A stretch of 64,000 bases of DNA, taken from the IMG/VR virus record IMGVR_UViG_3300024308_000304; one strand, given 5' to 3'. The translations under genes and the position numbers were made by a program. This document shows positions 21,163 through 31,050 of the stretch, piece after piece; within the stretch, counting starts at the first letter, position 1, and each line of letters opens with the position of its first letter. The stretch comes from an uncultured virus (IMG/VR IMGVR_UViG_3300024308_000304) (taxonomy: Duplodnaviria; Heunggongvirae; Uroviricota; Caudoviricetes). The notes beneath the pieces are model-generated. The model saw only the letters and a program-made list of their open reading frames with translations, was not told the origin of the DNA and did not search any database.

Positions 21163-21912
21163 TTAGATAGTTGAAAGATCAGGTTCAACCCAGTTGACAC
21201 ATTTTAAGAATTTATTTGCTCTATAATCTTTACCACCAACGTTTTGATCTATTGAGGAATAAACAACTTGATATGGTGAGCCATCAGCTTGTTTCAATGG
21301 TGATGGACCATCATGTACCACTACACCTTTATCTCTATAGAATTTTAAGGTCTGATTGACTTCTGTCTCATTTGAACAAAGCTTACTCATATTACTCTCA
21401 GTAATCTTATGAATCAATACAGTTCTGTCTACTGAATATAAAGAACACAATGTTGCAAGATAAATATCTAATTCTTGAACAGCTTGCATAATAGCTTTGT
21501 AATTTCTTTTATCATTTATAGTTTTTATCAATTCATTTATGATAGCTTTAATGTCATCATAAACATTCTCATAGAAAACATCTTTGTCATAACCAATTAA
21601 AACGTCTTTCAATTCTGGGCTTGACTCTTTTTCAAGGTATTTATAACCAAGGAAATGTGGAACACCATAAAGGAAAACAATTAAGTCACCAATTGCATCA
21701 ACCATTCCTATACGACCTTCTTTTTGTTTTTCTGGACCTTCTTTAAGCAATTTAAAACCGTCATCTCTTAATTCATCCAATTCATCATAAAGATTTAAAC
21801 TCTGATTATAGAGCTTGTCATAATTTGTGATGACTCCATTTTCCATACAAGAACCAAAAAGATTGCCGAATGCTGTGTTTGTATCTGATATATTTTTATA
21901 CGCTGTATTCAT
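21163..21912 (-). CDS. MazG-like/PRA-PH nucleotide pyrophosphohydrolase
   Basis: DELDEL, VDAIGDLIVFLYG, SNMSK. Confidence 0.75.
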   Translation of the reverse strand: MNTAYKNISDTNTAFGNLFGSCMENGVITNYDKLYNQSLNLYDELDELRDDGFKLLKEGPEKQKEGRIGMVDAIGDLIVFLYGVPHFLGYKYLEKESSPELKDVLIGYDKDVFYENVYDDIKAIINELIKTINDKRNYKAIMQAVQELDIYLATLCSLYSVDRTVLIHKITESNMSKLCSNETEVNQTLKFYRDKGVVVHDGPSPLKQADGSPYQVVYSSIDQNVGGKDYRANKFLKCVNWVEPDLSTI

Positions 21913-22047
21913 TATAACTCCTTAAATTTTAACGATAAAAATAAACTACCATTAAAAAAGTAAAAGTCAAAAAAAAACTTAGAAATGTTGATTTTACAAG
22001 ATTAGGTGTTACTATTAAAAAACAATAAAAATGGAGATGTATATATT

Positions 22048-22695
22048 ATGAATAAATTAGGTGAATTTAACAGACTACTTTGCCAAGAGGAAATTGATGC
22101 TGAATTATCAAAATTAGGTAAACGTTTAGATGGAAAATTTAGAAAAACGTACATGAAGATGGCTTTAACAGCAAGTGATCTATCTTACTGTGCAAGATTA
22201 AAAGTTGGCTCTTTAATTGTGACTCAATTTAATGAAATGCTTACTGGATATAATGGAACACCATCAGGATTCCCAAACACCTGTGAACTTCCTAATCAAG
22301 ATGTTACAAACCCTATTACACTACATGGTGAGGCAAATGGTATGTCAAAAGCTGAACAAAGTACATTAAGCATCCGAAATGCATCTTTGTTTGTTACTCA
22401 TATACCTTGTATAGAATGTGCAAAAAGAATCATTCAAAGCGGAATGAAAAGAGTTTTCTATATACATGATTACCGATTAACAGATGGATTAGAATTGTTG
22501 ACAGATTTACGGTCAGAAATTCAGGTTATTAAATTAGATGCTGAGACTTTTGATATTGTAAATATACATGGCTATTATAAACCAATATTAACTGTGGAAG
22601 ATGAATTTGTCTATAATACACTTCTTCGTAAAATTGAAACGTTAGAAAATAAAATACAAAGTATGAAATCTTGTAATTGCAAAAATTGTCAATAA
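22048..22695 (+). CDS. dCMP deaminase
   Basis: GYNGTPSG, HGEAN, PCIECAK. Confidence 0.92.
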   Translation: MNKLGEFNRLLCQEEIDAELSKLGKRLDGKFRKTYMKMALTASDLSYCARLKVGSLIVTQFNEMLTGYNGTPSGFPNTCELPNQDVTNPITLHGEANGMSKAEQSTLSIRNASLFVTHIPCIECAKRIIQSGMKRVFYIHDYRLTDGLELLTDLRSEIQVIKLDAETFDIVNIHGYYKPILTVEDEFVYNTLLRKIETLENKIQSMKSCNCKNCQ

Positions 22696-22737
22696 AAAAA
22701 GCCTCTGATGAGGCTTTAATTTTAATAAGAATATCTG

Positions 22738-23316
22738 TTATTCTTTAACAACTCTATGTTCTTTCATAACACGCTTAGGCATTTTTGGTTTCTTAATAGA
22801 CTTATTAACTGTTTTAAATTGTAATGTCATTGGAGTTTTTACAGATTCCATTACATTAACTTCGAATGAATAACCTAATTTAGTCAAATATTCAATCAAT
22901 GAATCCACTGAGAATTTTTCAATTTTCTTGTTTACTAAATCACTAACTCGTGGTTGTTTGATAGCCAGAAGCTCTTGTACTTGACGTTGTTTGAATTTAT
23001 TGCTTTCAATAATTTCTCCAACAATAGTAATCAAACGAGTTTTAATACTGTCAATATATTCTTTTTGATTAACAGGATACCCTTCAATAACATAACCAAT
23101 TTTATTTAAATAATCTAACAGGGAGTCTATAGAGAATTTTTCTACCTTACCATTTACCAGATCACTTACCCTTGGCTGTTTAATGTCAAGAATAACTTCA
23201 ACTTCTCTTTGTTTCAATTTCTTTTGGTTAATTAGTCTAGCAATAGTTTTTGACAGCTTATTTTTAATCTCATCAAAATTTACTTCAACACTGCTAGAAG
23301 TAATTTGTTCTTTCAT
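22738..23316 (-). CDS. Tandem XRE-family HTH regulator
   Basis: Two copies of IKQPRVSDLVNxKxEKFSxDSL. Confidence 0.85.
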   Translation of the reverse strand: MKEQITSSSVEVNFDEIKNKLSKTIARLINQKKLKQREVEVILDIKQPRVSDLVNGKVEKFSIDSLLDYLNKIGYVIEGYPVNQKEYIDSIKTRLITIVGEIIESNKFKQRQVQELLAIKQPRVSDLVNKKIEKFSVDSLIEYLTKLGYSFEVNVMESVKTPMTLQFKTVNKSIKKPKMPKRVMKEHRVVKE

Positions 23317-23517
23317 TTTAATCTCCTTGTTAATATTTCACGTATTATATATCTGATAGTATAATCTGTCAACAACAATATTTTAAAACGAAAATATAAA
23401 TGTAATAAAAATCATATATTTAGGACTAATGTCTCATATTGAGAAAGATATAATGTCAAGAATCAAAATACAACGATGTGACCTATATTTCATTTTGATA
23501 AAAATATTAAAATCTGC

Positions 23518-23546
23518 TTGCATTTAAAAAAACATAGAGCTATAAT
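23518..23546 (+). promoter_or_regulatory. sigma70 promoter for a short noncoding transcript
   Basis: TTGCAT-17-TATAAT. Confidence 0.75.
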
Positions 23547-23550
23547 GACA

Positions 23551-23634
23551 GTCCCCCAAATAATAATAATTATAAAATCCACTGCACTAGTCCTGTAAGT
23601 TATCCCCCCCAAATCGACTTACAGGATTTTTTTT
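23551..23634 (+). ncRNA. Candidate ~84-nt sRNA
   Basis: Between promoter and terminator TCCTGTAAGT...ACTTACAGGA-T8; no ATG; two CCCCCAAAT motifs and an (AAT)4 tract. Confidence 0.65.
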
Positions 23635-23694
23635 GTCTGTAAGAAAAGTATGTTTGAAAGATAATAACAATAAAAAAGAGCCTCTCGGCTCCTT

Positions 23695-26061
23695 TTATAC
23701 TTTAGGTTTATTTTTCTTTGGTAAAACAGATAACTCCTGTACCAATTCTTTATTGTTAACCATAAATTCATCTCTTAAATCAATAATGCTACGCTTCCTT
23801 TGCTCTGATGGCAATACTTTGATGTAATTCAAAAATTCAACTGCTAATTTTTTATCAACATCATTAATTAAGAAGTGATTATTAACTAAATTAACAGTAT
23901 CAAATTTATCACCTTTAAGTTCAGAACGTTCCATCTTCTCAACAAAGCCACGCATAGTTTTCCAGAAGCTGTAATATGGAAGTTTAATCTTAATCATATT
24001 CAATGCATCATCTTCACACACAAAACCTTCAAATTGTCTCTTAGTAGTGAAAGCACTTTCATTAGAAACTGAATTAAAGAATTTTTCAAAATTTTCTGGA
24101 GATTCAAAATGAGCAAATCTTTTTTTCACTTTAAGATCTTTAAATCCTTCTGCAAACTTTGTTAATTCTTCATAATTCAATTGTGAGAACTTGAATTCTC
24201 TCTTAACAATACCAATCAATACCAAGTGTGGTGTATCATATTTCACAATATGAGGATCATTTACTGGATCATTCACTTCAAACAGATAATTAACATTATG
24301 CTTGTTAGCAAAAATCTTCATATGTTCTAATTCAGATTTAGTAAACTGAGCTTTGGCAATATCTTTCAAATAAGTAGAAAATTCTCCACCAATATCTGAT
24401 TTAGAAGCAAAGATGAGGCTATCATTCTTTGAATCATAACCAACAATACCTAAGAAACCATTCTCTTTTTCATAAAGATTGATTTTTCCTTTAAAATTAC
24501 TTTTTACAACTTCCATTTTCGCAGAAGGAATTCCTCGTTCATTAACATTAAAGAACTTTTCAAAACCACGAGCTACAATTTCACCTGACTCAGTATTAAT
24601 AAACAAACCACGAGCATGAATTAAAAGCTCATTTTCAAAACGTTTATCAAAAAAAGCTTCTTTCTTGAAATTGAAAGCTGAAATATGTGGTAAGTCTTCA
24701 AATGTTTTTTCACGAATAAGTTCATTTGCTCTCAAATCTTTAACAATCTCAAGATTTTCTTTACTGTAGTTTACTTTATTTTCTAAAAAATCACTCAAAT
24801 TGTTAACATCTGCTTTTGTTATAAACATATTTTTTTCTTTTTCAATCTTCTCAACAGCAGTTTTATTAAATACTTTATTAGTAATATAAATACCATTAAA
24901 ACCGTTTTTATCCAATCTAAGAATTGGCAAGCTACCACCATATTCAACATCAGCCTCAAGAGCAAAGCTTTTTGGGTGAGTCTCAAAACCATGTTTATAT
25001 TGGTTTCTATGGCCATGAACTTGATACCAGTTATTATCTTGGTTTAGTTCATTAAATGTTTTATCAACATCATAACTGTAAGAACCATAACCTCTCATAT
25101 ATTCAATAGTAGTCAAAAGTCTTGGATGTTTAGGTACATTAGCAAGACCAGCATGAGTTGCCATAATATTTTTATCTCTATAATGAATAAAGCTGTAAAG
25201 ATGAAGCTTATTATAAAGCTCACGCATATCTTCTTTATTAATACCAGCTTTTAACAACTGTGGTAATGTATTATAAGTAAATTCACTTGGTGGAGTCAAA
25301 ATATCATTACTGTAGTTATACAAGTGTAATTCATGGTTCCCAGCTAAAAAAACAAAGTTCTCATAATCAATATATTTCTGAACGAAACGGAAACATTTAT
25401 CATTCTGAATACCACGATCAAGATAGTCGCCAACTAAAATATAGACTTCATCCTTGCTATAAGTGTTTTGTTCAAAGAACTGTTTCAATGGATAGAATGA
25501 ACCTTGAAGATCACCAATCCAGTTAATTTTCTTATAATGACTAAGATCCAAAAGTAAAGATTCTGGAGTTGCTTTTACATAAGCAAGAGCTTGTTCTGGT
25601 GTAATAATTTTAGATGGATCATCAAATTTTGAATTAACAAACAAATCATAGTTACGATCAAGGGCTTCTTTAGGAAGTCTTTTATACGTTTCACGTTGTT
25701 CATTTCTTTTATAATAGAATTCTTTATCCATCAATGGGAAACGAACAATTCTGTAGTCATAATGATATTGTTTCATAATGTCTAAATAAGTATCAATTGA
25801 TTTTTGATCTTGGTTTAAGTTATCAATGAAAATAGCTCCGCCATTACTCAACCTTACTTTAAATGCTTCAATAAATTTAGCAAAAACAAAATCCTCTCTA
25901 TTATTAGAAAGAACAAGATTACCAAACATATCAGTAGCAGCACCAGCGTAGACATGACGAATCGCATCCAAAGACAATGTATGTGGGTCTAATTCGTTCT
26001 CATGAATAAATGTTGATTTACCTGTTCCTGGCATTGCTGAAAGAAAATACACAATTCTCAT
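23695..26061 (-). CDS. Trifunctional RNA repair enzyme: polynucleotide kinase, metallophosphoesterase and Rnl1-like RNA ligase
   Basis: AMPGTGKS; GDLQG, GDYLDRG, GNHE, HGH; EKFFN, KENGFLG (motif I), EGFV, IKIK. Confidence 0.88.
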   Translation of the reverse strand: MRIVYFLSAMPGTGKSTFIHENELDPHTLSLDAIRHVYAGAATDMFGNLVLSNNREDFVFAKFIEAFKVRLSNGGAIFIDNLNQDQKSIDTYLDIMKQYHYDYRIVRFPLMDKEFYYKRNEQRETYKRLPKEALDRNYDLFVNSKFDDPSKIITPEQALAYVKATPESLLLDLSHYKKINWIGDLQGSFYPLKQFFEQNTYSKDEVYILVGDYLDRGIQNDKCFRFVQKYIDYENFVFLAGNHELHLYNYSNDILTPPSEFTYNTLPQLLKAGINKEDMRELYNKLHLYSFIHYRDKNIMATHAGLANVPKHPRLLTTIEYMRGYGSYSYDVDKTFNELNQDNNWYQVHGHRNQYKHGFETHPKSFALEADVEYGGSLPILRLDKNGFNGIYITNKVFNKTAVEKIEKEKNMFITKADVNNLSDFLENKVNYSKENLEIVKDLRANELIREKTFEDLPHISAFNFKKEAFFDKRFENELLIHARGLFINTESGEIVARGFEKFFNVNERGIPSAKMEVVKSNFKGKINLYEKENGFLGIVGYDSKNDSLIFASKSDIGGEFSTYLKDIAKAQFTKSELEHMKIFANKHNVNYLFEVNDPVNDPHIVKYDTPHLVLIGIVKREFKFSQLNYEELTKFAEGFKDLKVKKRFAHFESPENFEKFFNSVSNESAFTTKRQFEGFVCEDDALNMIKIKLPYYSFWKTMRGFVEKMERSELKGDKFDTVNLVNNHFLINDVDKKLAVEFLNYIKVLPSEQRKRSIIDLRDEFMVNNKELVQELSVLPKKNKPKV

Positions 26062-26182
26062 CTATTTTTATCCTGTAGTGTGTTTATATGCTTATTGTAC
26101 CACATAAGTTCCAGATTTTGAAATATTTTTTTATTGACTTGCAAGGTATTTTTTGATAAAATTTCAAAAAAAAGGAGAGTAT

Positions 26183-26899
26183 ATGTCAAGTCAACCTTCA
26201 TTGCAGTCATTCATTGAGAACTTACATAATATGGAGCATGCATTTGATGTTAGTTGCAAAGCTTTAAATTTTGAAGATTCAAAAGCATTTGGTCAATTTA
26301 ATATGTTAATTGCAGAAGGCATGGAATATTCAGCAGCCAATGTGGTTGTTCAAAGATTATTTATTTATCATATTGAAAGAAGTTTGCTTGATCATGTAGA
26401 GAAAACTAAAAGAACTGCAAATGCTTCAACTTACTATAATCACATTAATGATTATTTAGATAACCGCTCTGGCCCTTATCGTGATTTGGTATTGTTTGAA
26501 ATTGAATGCCTTATTAAAGACTCCAAGTTTTCTGTAGAATCAATTGAAAAAGAAGTTATTATTGAAACAACTTCAATTGGTCTTAATATCCTAAAAACAA
26601 TTATGGTAAATGATTGGGGCATCAACTTCGATTTAAGAAAAATAAAACAATCAGATGTTGAAGATTATTTAATGAATTATATTGGCCTTGATCGTAAAAT
26701 GGCCCTAAAATTCTGTTTAGCTACAATGTGCCGTGGCTTCGAACAAGGAGATGCAGATGTTTCAGCATTTATCCCTGAAAAATATATGGCTTGTTTTGAT
26801 GATTTCTATAATTATGTATTAGATGAACATCTTGCAAATGACCAACGTTTAGTATTAGCATTCGCAATGGTTGTATTTATGTATATGTTCAGAATTTAA
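26183..26899 (+). CDS. Hypothetical protein
   Basis: AGGAG RBS, 238 aa. Confidence 0.7.
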   Translation: MSSQPSLQSFIENLHNMEHAFDVSCKALNFEDSKAFGQFNMLIAEGMEYSAANVVVQRLFIYHIERSLLDHVEKTKRTANASTYYNHINDYLDNRSGPYRDLVLFEIECLIKDSKFSVESIEKEVIIETTSIGLNILKTIMVNDWGINFDLRKIKQSDVEDYLMNYIGLDRKMALKFCLATMCRGFEQGDADVSAFIPEKYMACFDDFYNYVLDEHLANDQRLVLAFAMVVFMYMFRI

Positions 26900-27532
26900 T
26901 TATGGTTTAAGTGTTTTAGGTTTAGGACAAAGAGCTTTAAATTCAGATGCCACTTTATTATAGAGTGGCTTATATTTTTCATGCAAACTATCCCAATTAT
27001 TTTGTGTAATAAGATAGCTTTTAGAAATATCATCATATAAATCATTAACTGATGTTGGATTAATTTTAGAATCCACTACAATTTGTTTTGCAAAATCTAA
27101 TATTCTAAATGAATGCCATAGAGATTTAAGTGATGTTGAAACGTTGAAATCTTCATCTACTATTAATTTTTTCTTAGCTTTAACATAGCTGTTAGAACTT
27201 TTTTGAGAACAGCTTTCTCTTAATTTTTCTTTGTTTAAGACAAATGAATCAAATTCTTTTTGTATCTCAGGAGAAACAAAGGCTGTTTCATGCTTGATAT
27301 ATAAACATTCTAAAACAGAAATTTCATGTTCTTTCAGTCTTTGAATGAATTCATCTTTACTGTAGTTACTAATTTCAAACTGGATACCATTTTCTTCAAA
27401 TGTTTCTTGGAAATAAGGTTTATCTGATACAACTATAAAATCAAAATCATCTGGTTTTTTATTGCCATATACTGCTGAACCATATGGGAAAATAGCTAAT
27501 GCATTGTATTTATTTTTTAAAGTGTTTATCAT
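26900..27532 (-). CDS. Pol-beta superfamily nucleotidyltransferase
   Basis: PYGSAVYG...DDFDFIVV (GS-x-DxD); GAGG RBS. Confidence 0.8.
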   Translation of the reverse strand: MINTLKNKYNALAIFPYGSAVYGNKKPDDFDFIVVSDKPYFQETFEENGIQFEISNYSKDEFIQRLKEHEISVLECLYIKHETAFVSPEIQKEFDSFVLNKEKLRESCSQKSSNSYVKAKKKLIVDEDFNVSTSLKSLWHSFRILDFAKQIVVDSKINPTSVNDLYDDISKSYLITQNNWDSLHEKYKPLYNKVASEFKALCPKPKTLKP

Positions 27533-27575
27533 GAAGTGCCTCGTTGTTATTATTATAATACCATAAAACGGAAAT

Positions 27576-27848
27576 AAAAAAAGAGAGCCTTTCGACTCTC
27601 TTATCATTCCTTTGTACAACTTCCTTTATTGTTTTACAACTTCCGTTTACATAAATTAGAATATTATCCATCAAGCATCTAATTCTTCTTCCTTCCAGCG
27701 TAACAGTCCATTATTATTTGTAATCCTTCACAACATCATCCTGATAATTTGTTCCCGATTCCTTTATTGTTTTGCAGTCCATTACATCTTGCCAGCTTGT
27801 GTTAGAAATCATTTCTTACACTATTATTGTTCTTGTCCCTGCTGACAA
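27576..27848 (-). ncRNA. CsrB/RsmZ-like sRNA with additional A-rich (CrcZ-like) motifs
   Basis: 13 GGA motifs on the minus strand, promoter TTGACA-16-TAATAT at 27880..27853, terminator AAGAGAGTC-GAAA-GGCTCTCTT-T run. Confidence 0.8.
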
Positions 27849-28130
27849 TTACATATTAACAGTATTTTTTTTGATGTCAATAAAAATTATAGCATTTCGC
27901 ATGATTTTTTATTGGCGTCAATGCTGTAACGCCATATTTTTTATAATTTTGTTATCATTTTTTATATATTTTTTTAAAGTAAATATATGTTCTATAAGGT
28001 TTTTTTATAAAAAATAAAAATAATAACATTGAACCAAAAAAAATATTGTTTTTTGCACTGTTTTATCTCTTAAATCATGTTTTTTGCAAGATGGCCATTT
28101 ACCATCAAACAGAAATATTGCTAAAAAGCT

Positions 28131-28148
28131 TGTAAGAGGAAGCTTACA
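28131..28148. promoter_or_regulatory. GacA/UvrY-type upstream activating sequence
   Basis: TGTAAG-AGGAAG-CTTACA matches TGTAAG-N6-CTTACA. Confidence 0.7.
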
Positions 28149-28167
28149 TCAATATTATTTTTCATAT

Positions 28168-28184
28168 ATCAAAATTCGTGCCAA
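28168..28184 (-). promoter_or_regulatory. Possible sigma54 -24/-12 promoter facing the sRNA
   Basis: TTGGCACGAATTTTGAT vs consensus TGGCACG-N4-TTGC (one mismatch at -12). Confidence 0.45.
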
Positions 28185-28371
28185 CTTTTTAGTTCGTAAA
28201 AAATAACAGACAAAGTGAACGCTAAATGCAGTTTTATCCAATGTGTTACAGTAATTTAACAGTCATAATAAAATAGTGACAAAAAAATGATAATTTTCAT
28301 TATTATCTTCCTTTTCAAATAAATTATGATATTACTTTATAGATGATATAAAATAAATTGGAGAAAATATT

Positions 28372-28656
28372 ATGAAATTTTTAGAAAAACTTAATCAATT
28401 ATCAGAAGGGTTATTAGACCTTAAAGAAAAATTTGAAAAAATTGACAAAGATTCTTTAATGAAAGATGATCGTGAAGAACTTGAAAAAATAGAAGATTTG
28501 CTTAGATTCTACATCAATACAACCCTTGAATTAGCTATTGATCAAAACCAAGAAATTATTTTGGAAAATAAAGATATGGTAAAAAGAATAGTGAAAGATA
28601 TAGAAAACTTCATAAAAGAAGTGAAAGAAAATATAAACGAAGATTTTGTAGGATAA
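28372..28656 (+). CDS. Coiled-coil hypothetical protein
   Basis: 94 aa, GGAG RBS. Confidence 0.65.
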   Translation: MKFLEKLNQLSEGLLDLKEKFEKIDKDSLMKDDREELEKIEDLLRFYINTTLELAIDQNQEIILENKDMVKRIVKDIENFIKEVKENINEDFVG

Positions 28657-28713
28657 TCTTTTATTTATTTAGTTTTATAGTATAATAATTATATAACAAC
28701 AGGAATAAAATTT

Positions 28714-29163
28714 ATGTCAAAGATAATTGAAAACCAATATGGTCTTCTAATTACCTTGAGTGCAAAAATAATTTTTGACGCCAAGATAAAGGAAGATAAG
28801 TGGCTTGAGGTAACTAACTATGTCAAAGATTTTGTAGGTTCAAACGTCAAAAAAGAGACATATGCCTTAAAATTGATAAAAGAACAAATTACTGAAGTTG
28901 ACCCAAACTGTATAAAAAATTTTAAAAATGATTTCACTTATAAACCAGAGTGTAAAAAATGTTATTTCAAATTGATTGATTGGATTGTCCAGATTAGTCT
29001 TAAAAGAAAACGATTAGCACGTTCGGTTAATAAAAAGACTGTGGCTAAGCATATAATTCTTGAAGAACTTATGGAAGCTAATAAGTATTTTGATAAAAAA
29101 ATAGTAGATTCTATTTTGGTTGAGAAAATCATTGATGTAAGTTTACAAAGTTATATAAAATAA
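28714..29163 (+). CDS. Hypothetical protein
   Basis: 149 aa, AGGA RBS. Confidence 0.65.
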   Translation: MSKIIENQYGLLITLSAKIIFDAKIKEDKWLEVTNYVKDFVGSNVKKETYALKLIKEQITEVDPNCIKNFKNDFTYKPECKKCYFKLIDWIVQISLKRKRLARSVNKKTVAKHIILEELMEANKYFDKKIVDSILVEKIIDVSLQSYIK

Positions 29164-29215
29164 TTGATTTAACACTAATAATAGTATAGAATAAAGCCTC
29201 CAATGGAGGTTTTTT

Positions 29216-30109
29216 ATGCTTGCAAAAATGCTTGATGATTTCAAAAAATTCGAAAATGAACAAACATTAGAATATGAAAAGTCAAAAGAAATACAAAAAA
29301 ATTATTCATTAATCTTAGAACAAGCAAAAGCTGAATTTGCTAAGATTGGTTTCTTCAAAAGACTCTTTGCAAGTGGAGATAAAAGAGATGAAATAAAAAA
29401 TCTTTCTGACTTTATTACCAAAGAAAAAGAAAAAGCCAGACAAACCGTAACATCTATTGCTAACAGAAAGCTCAATTTATATGAGGAAACAGTAAATCAA
29501 TTCATTAATGAAAATGAGTCATCTGTTAAAGAATTAAAAACTATTAATGATAGAATTAGTTACATTAGCAAAATTTATAATACATTTGCAAAAACTGTTA
29601 AAGCTGGGGATTTTGCCATCTCAGAAATTAAAGATGCAATATCAGCAGTAGATTCAGCACAGTCAACTGAGACACTTGATTTATTTACTAATAACAAAGC
29701 AATATCATTAATGTCAAGTATGAGTAATAGCAGTGCAAGAGATGAAAGTGCTTCGGCTGCTCATGCTGTTAAAAAATTCAAGAAAGAACTTGAATATACA
29801 AAAGTTGTAATTGGTGAAATGGAGTTAGACACATCATGGGGTACATTTGATTTTGTTGTTGATATGATGTCTGATGGTGGATTCTTAGATACTTTTGGCA
29901 GCTTTATGGCATTAAGTGCATTAAATGATGCAGAAGAGAATCTTAAAGAAGCTAAAAGAGAAGTATCAAAAGTATTAGATGGTGTCAAAAAAGAATTCTC
30001 TGAAATTACAAAACAAAAAGATCATGAAGATAATGTTAAGTCAGAATTCTTAAAAAATTACAGAATTAAAGCTAAAATGTATTTAAAAGAAAATGGAATT
30101 GATATCTAA
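29216..30109 (+). CDS. Coiled-coil hypothetical protein
   Basis: 297 aa, GGAGG RBS, helical with hydrophobic FDFVVD...DTFG segment. Confidence 0.7.
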   Translation: MLAKMLDDFKKFENEQTLEYEKSKEIQKNYSLILEQAKAEFAKIGFFKRLFASGDKRDEIKNLSDFITKEKEKARQTVTSIANRKLNLYEETVNQFINENESSVKELKTINDRISYISKIYNTFAKTVKAGDFAISEIKDAISAVDSAQSTETLDLFTNNKAISLMSSMSNSSARDESASAAHAVKKFKKELEYTKVVIGEMELDTSWGTFDFVVDMMSDGGFLDTFGSFMALSALNDAEENLKEAKREVSKVLDGVKKEFSEITKQKDHEDNVKSEFLKNYRIKAKMYLKENGIDI

Positions 30110-30125
30110 TCAATTCCATTCTATT

Positions 30126-30851
30126 CTATTTAAAATATTCCATTTCTAAAACATCTTTTATATTATTAGCATTGTGCCAAAAATAAATAATGTTACTAAG
30201 GCTTAAATCATTTGTGAATAATGATTGATACAAATCACCATCCAAATCAATAAATGTATAAGCGTCATGCAATGCTATTTCAAAGCTCTCCAATTTACTA
30301 TCTCTGAAAACAATATCATTTAACTTTACATTATGTTTATCTTTGATAGATAATTTTTCAACATTATAGTTTGAAAAAGGAAGATACTTGTATGCAATCA
30401 GTGAATGCTTATCCATAACATAGTAGGCTTCATATGTTTTTAAATCTAAATCAGTAGTCAAATGAAAAAACTCTTTTGTAGGAATGTCTAAATCATAATA
30501 GTATTCAGATCTATAAGTAAACTGTAAATCATTCCTATATTCACTTTTCTTTTTAGTCATCAGTTCTAAAGTTGATTGCTCATTTTTCAAAATAATCTTA
30601 GAGTAAACATAAGCACTATCAGTACGACCATAATAGGGAGTAAACAAAGTAAGAAATAATATCTTATCTTCATATTGTAAATAATAACTTCCATGAAAAG
30701 GTACAAAACCATGAGTAGTCAAAGCTTCAAGATAATTGTGTACTGAAAAAATAACACACGTTCCGGGTTCCATTAAGTATGGAATAATATTAATATCTGG
30801 TGTATATTTTATTATCTTTGTTTTTGCTGGCTTAAATTTATCTTCTATCAC
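30126..30851 (-). CDS. Hypothetical protein (C-terminal motif family)
   Basis: 241 aa, ends DVLEMEYFK. Confidence 0.65.
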   Translation of the reverse strand: MIEDKFKPAKTKIIKYTPDINIIPYLMEPGTCVIFSVHNYLEALTTHGFVPFHGSYYLQYEDKILFLTLFTPYYGRTDSAYVYSKIILKNEQSTLELMTKKKSEYRNDLQFTYRSEYYYDLDIPTKEFFHLTTDLDLKTYEAYYVMDKHSLIAYKYLPFSNYNVEKLSIKDKHNVKLNDIVFRDSKLESFEIALHDAYTFIDLDGDLYQSLFTNDLSLSNIIYFWHNANNIKDVLEMEYFK

Positions 30852-31050
30852 TTAAATATGCTCCATACAAGGATTGACTATTATAACATAAAAAAAAATA
30901 ATAATAAACACTAAAAAAGACAGACACATTTATTTCTAATAACATTTAATTATTAAAATATGTTCTTTATTGGAAAATGTTTTGTATTAACATATTGTTT
31001 TGACTTTATATAATTGATATAATTTTTAATATAACAAGAGGATAAATATC

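Noticed and set aside
23594..23623. TGTAAG...CTTACA as a second GacA box
   Set aside because: Spacer is far longer than 6 bp and the arms form the terminator stem.
27533..28017. N-terminal extension of the NTase ORF to 27619 and ORF 27772..28017(+)
   Set aside because: They overlap the sRNA, its terminator and promoter; the NTase has an RBS at the 27532 start.
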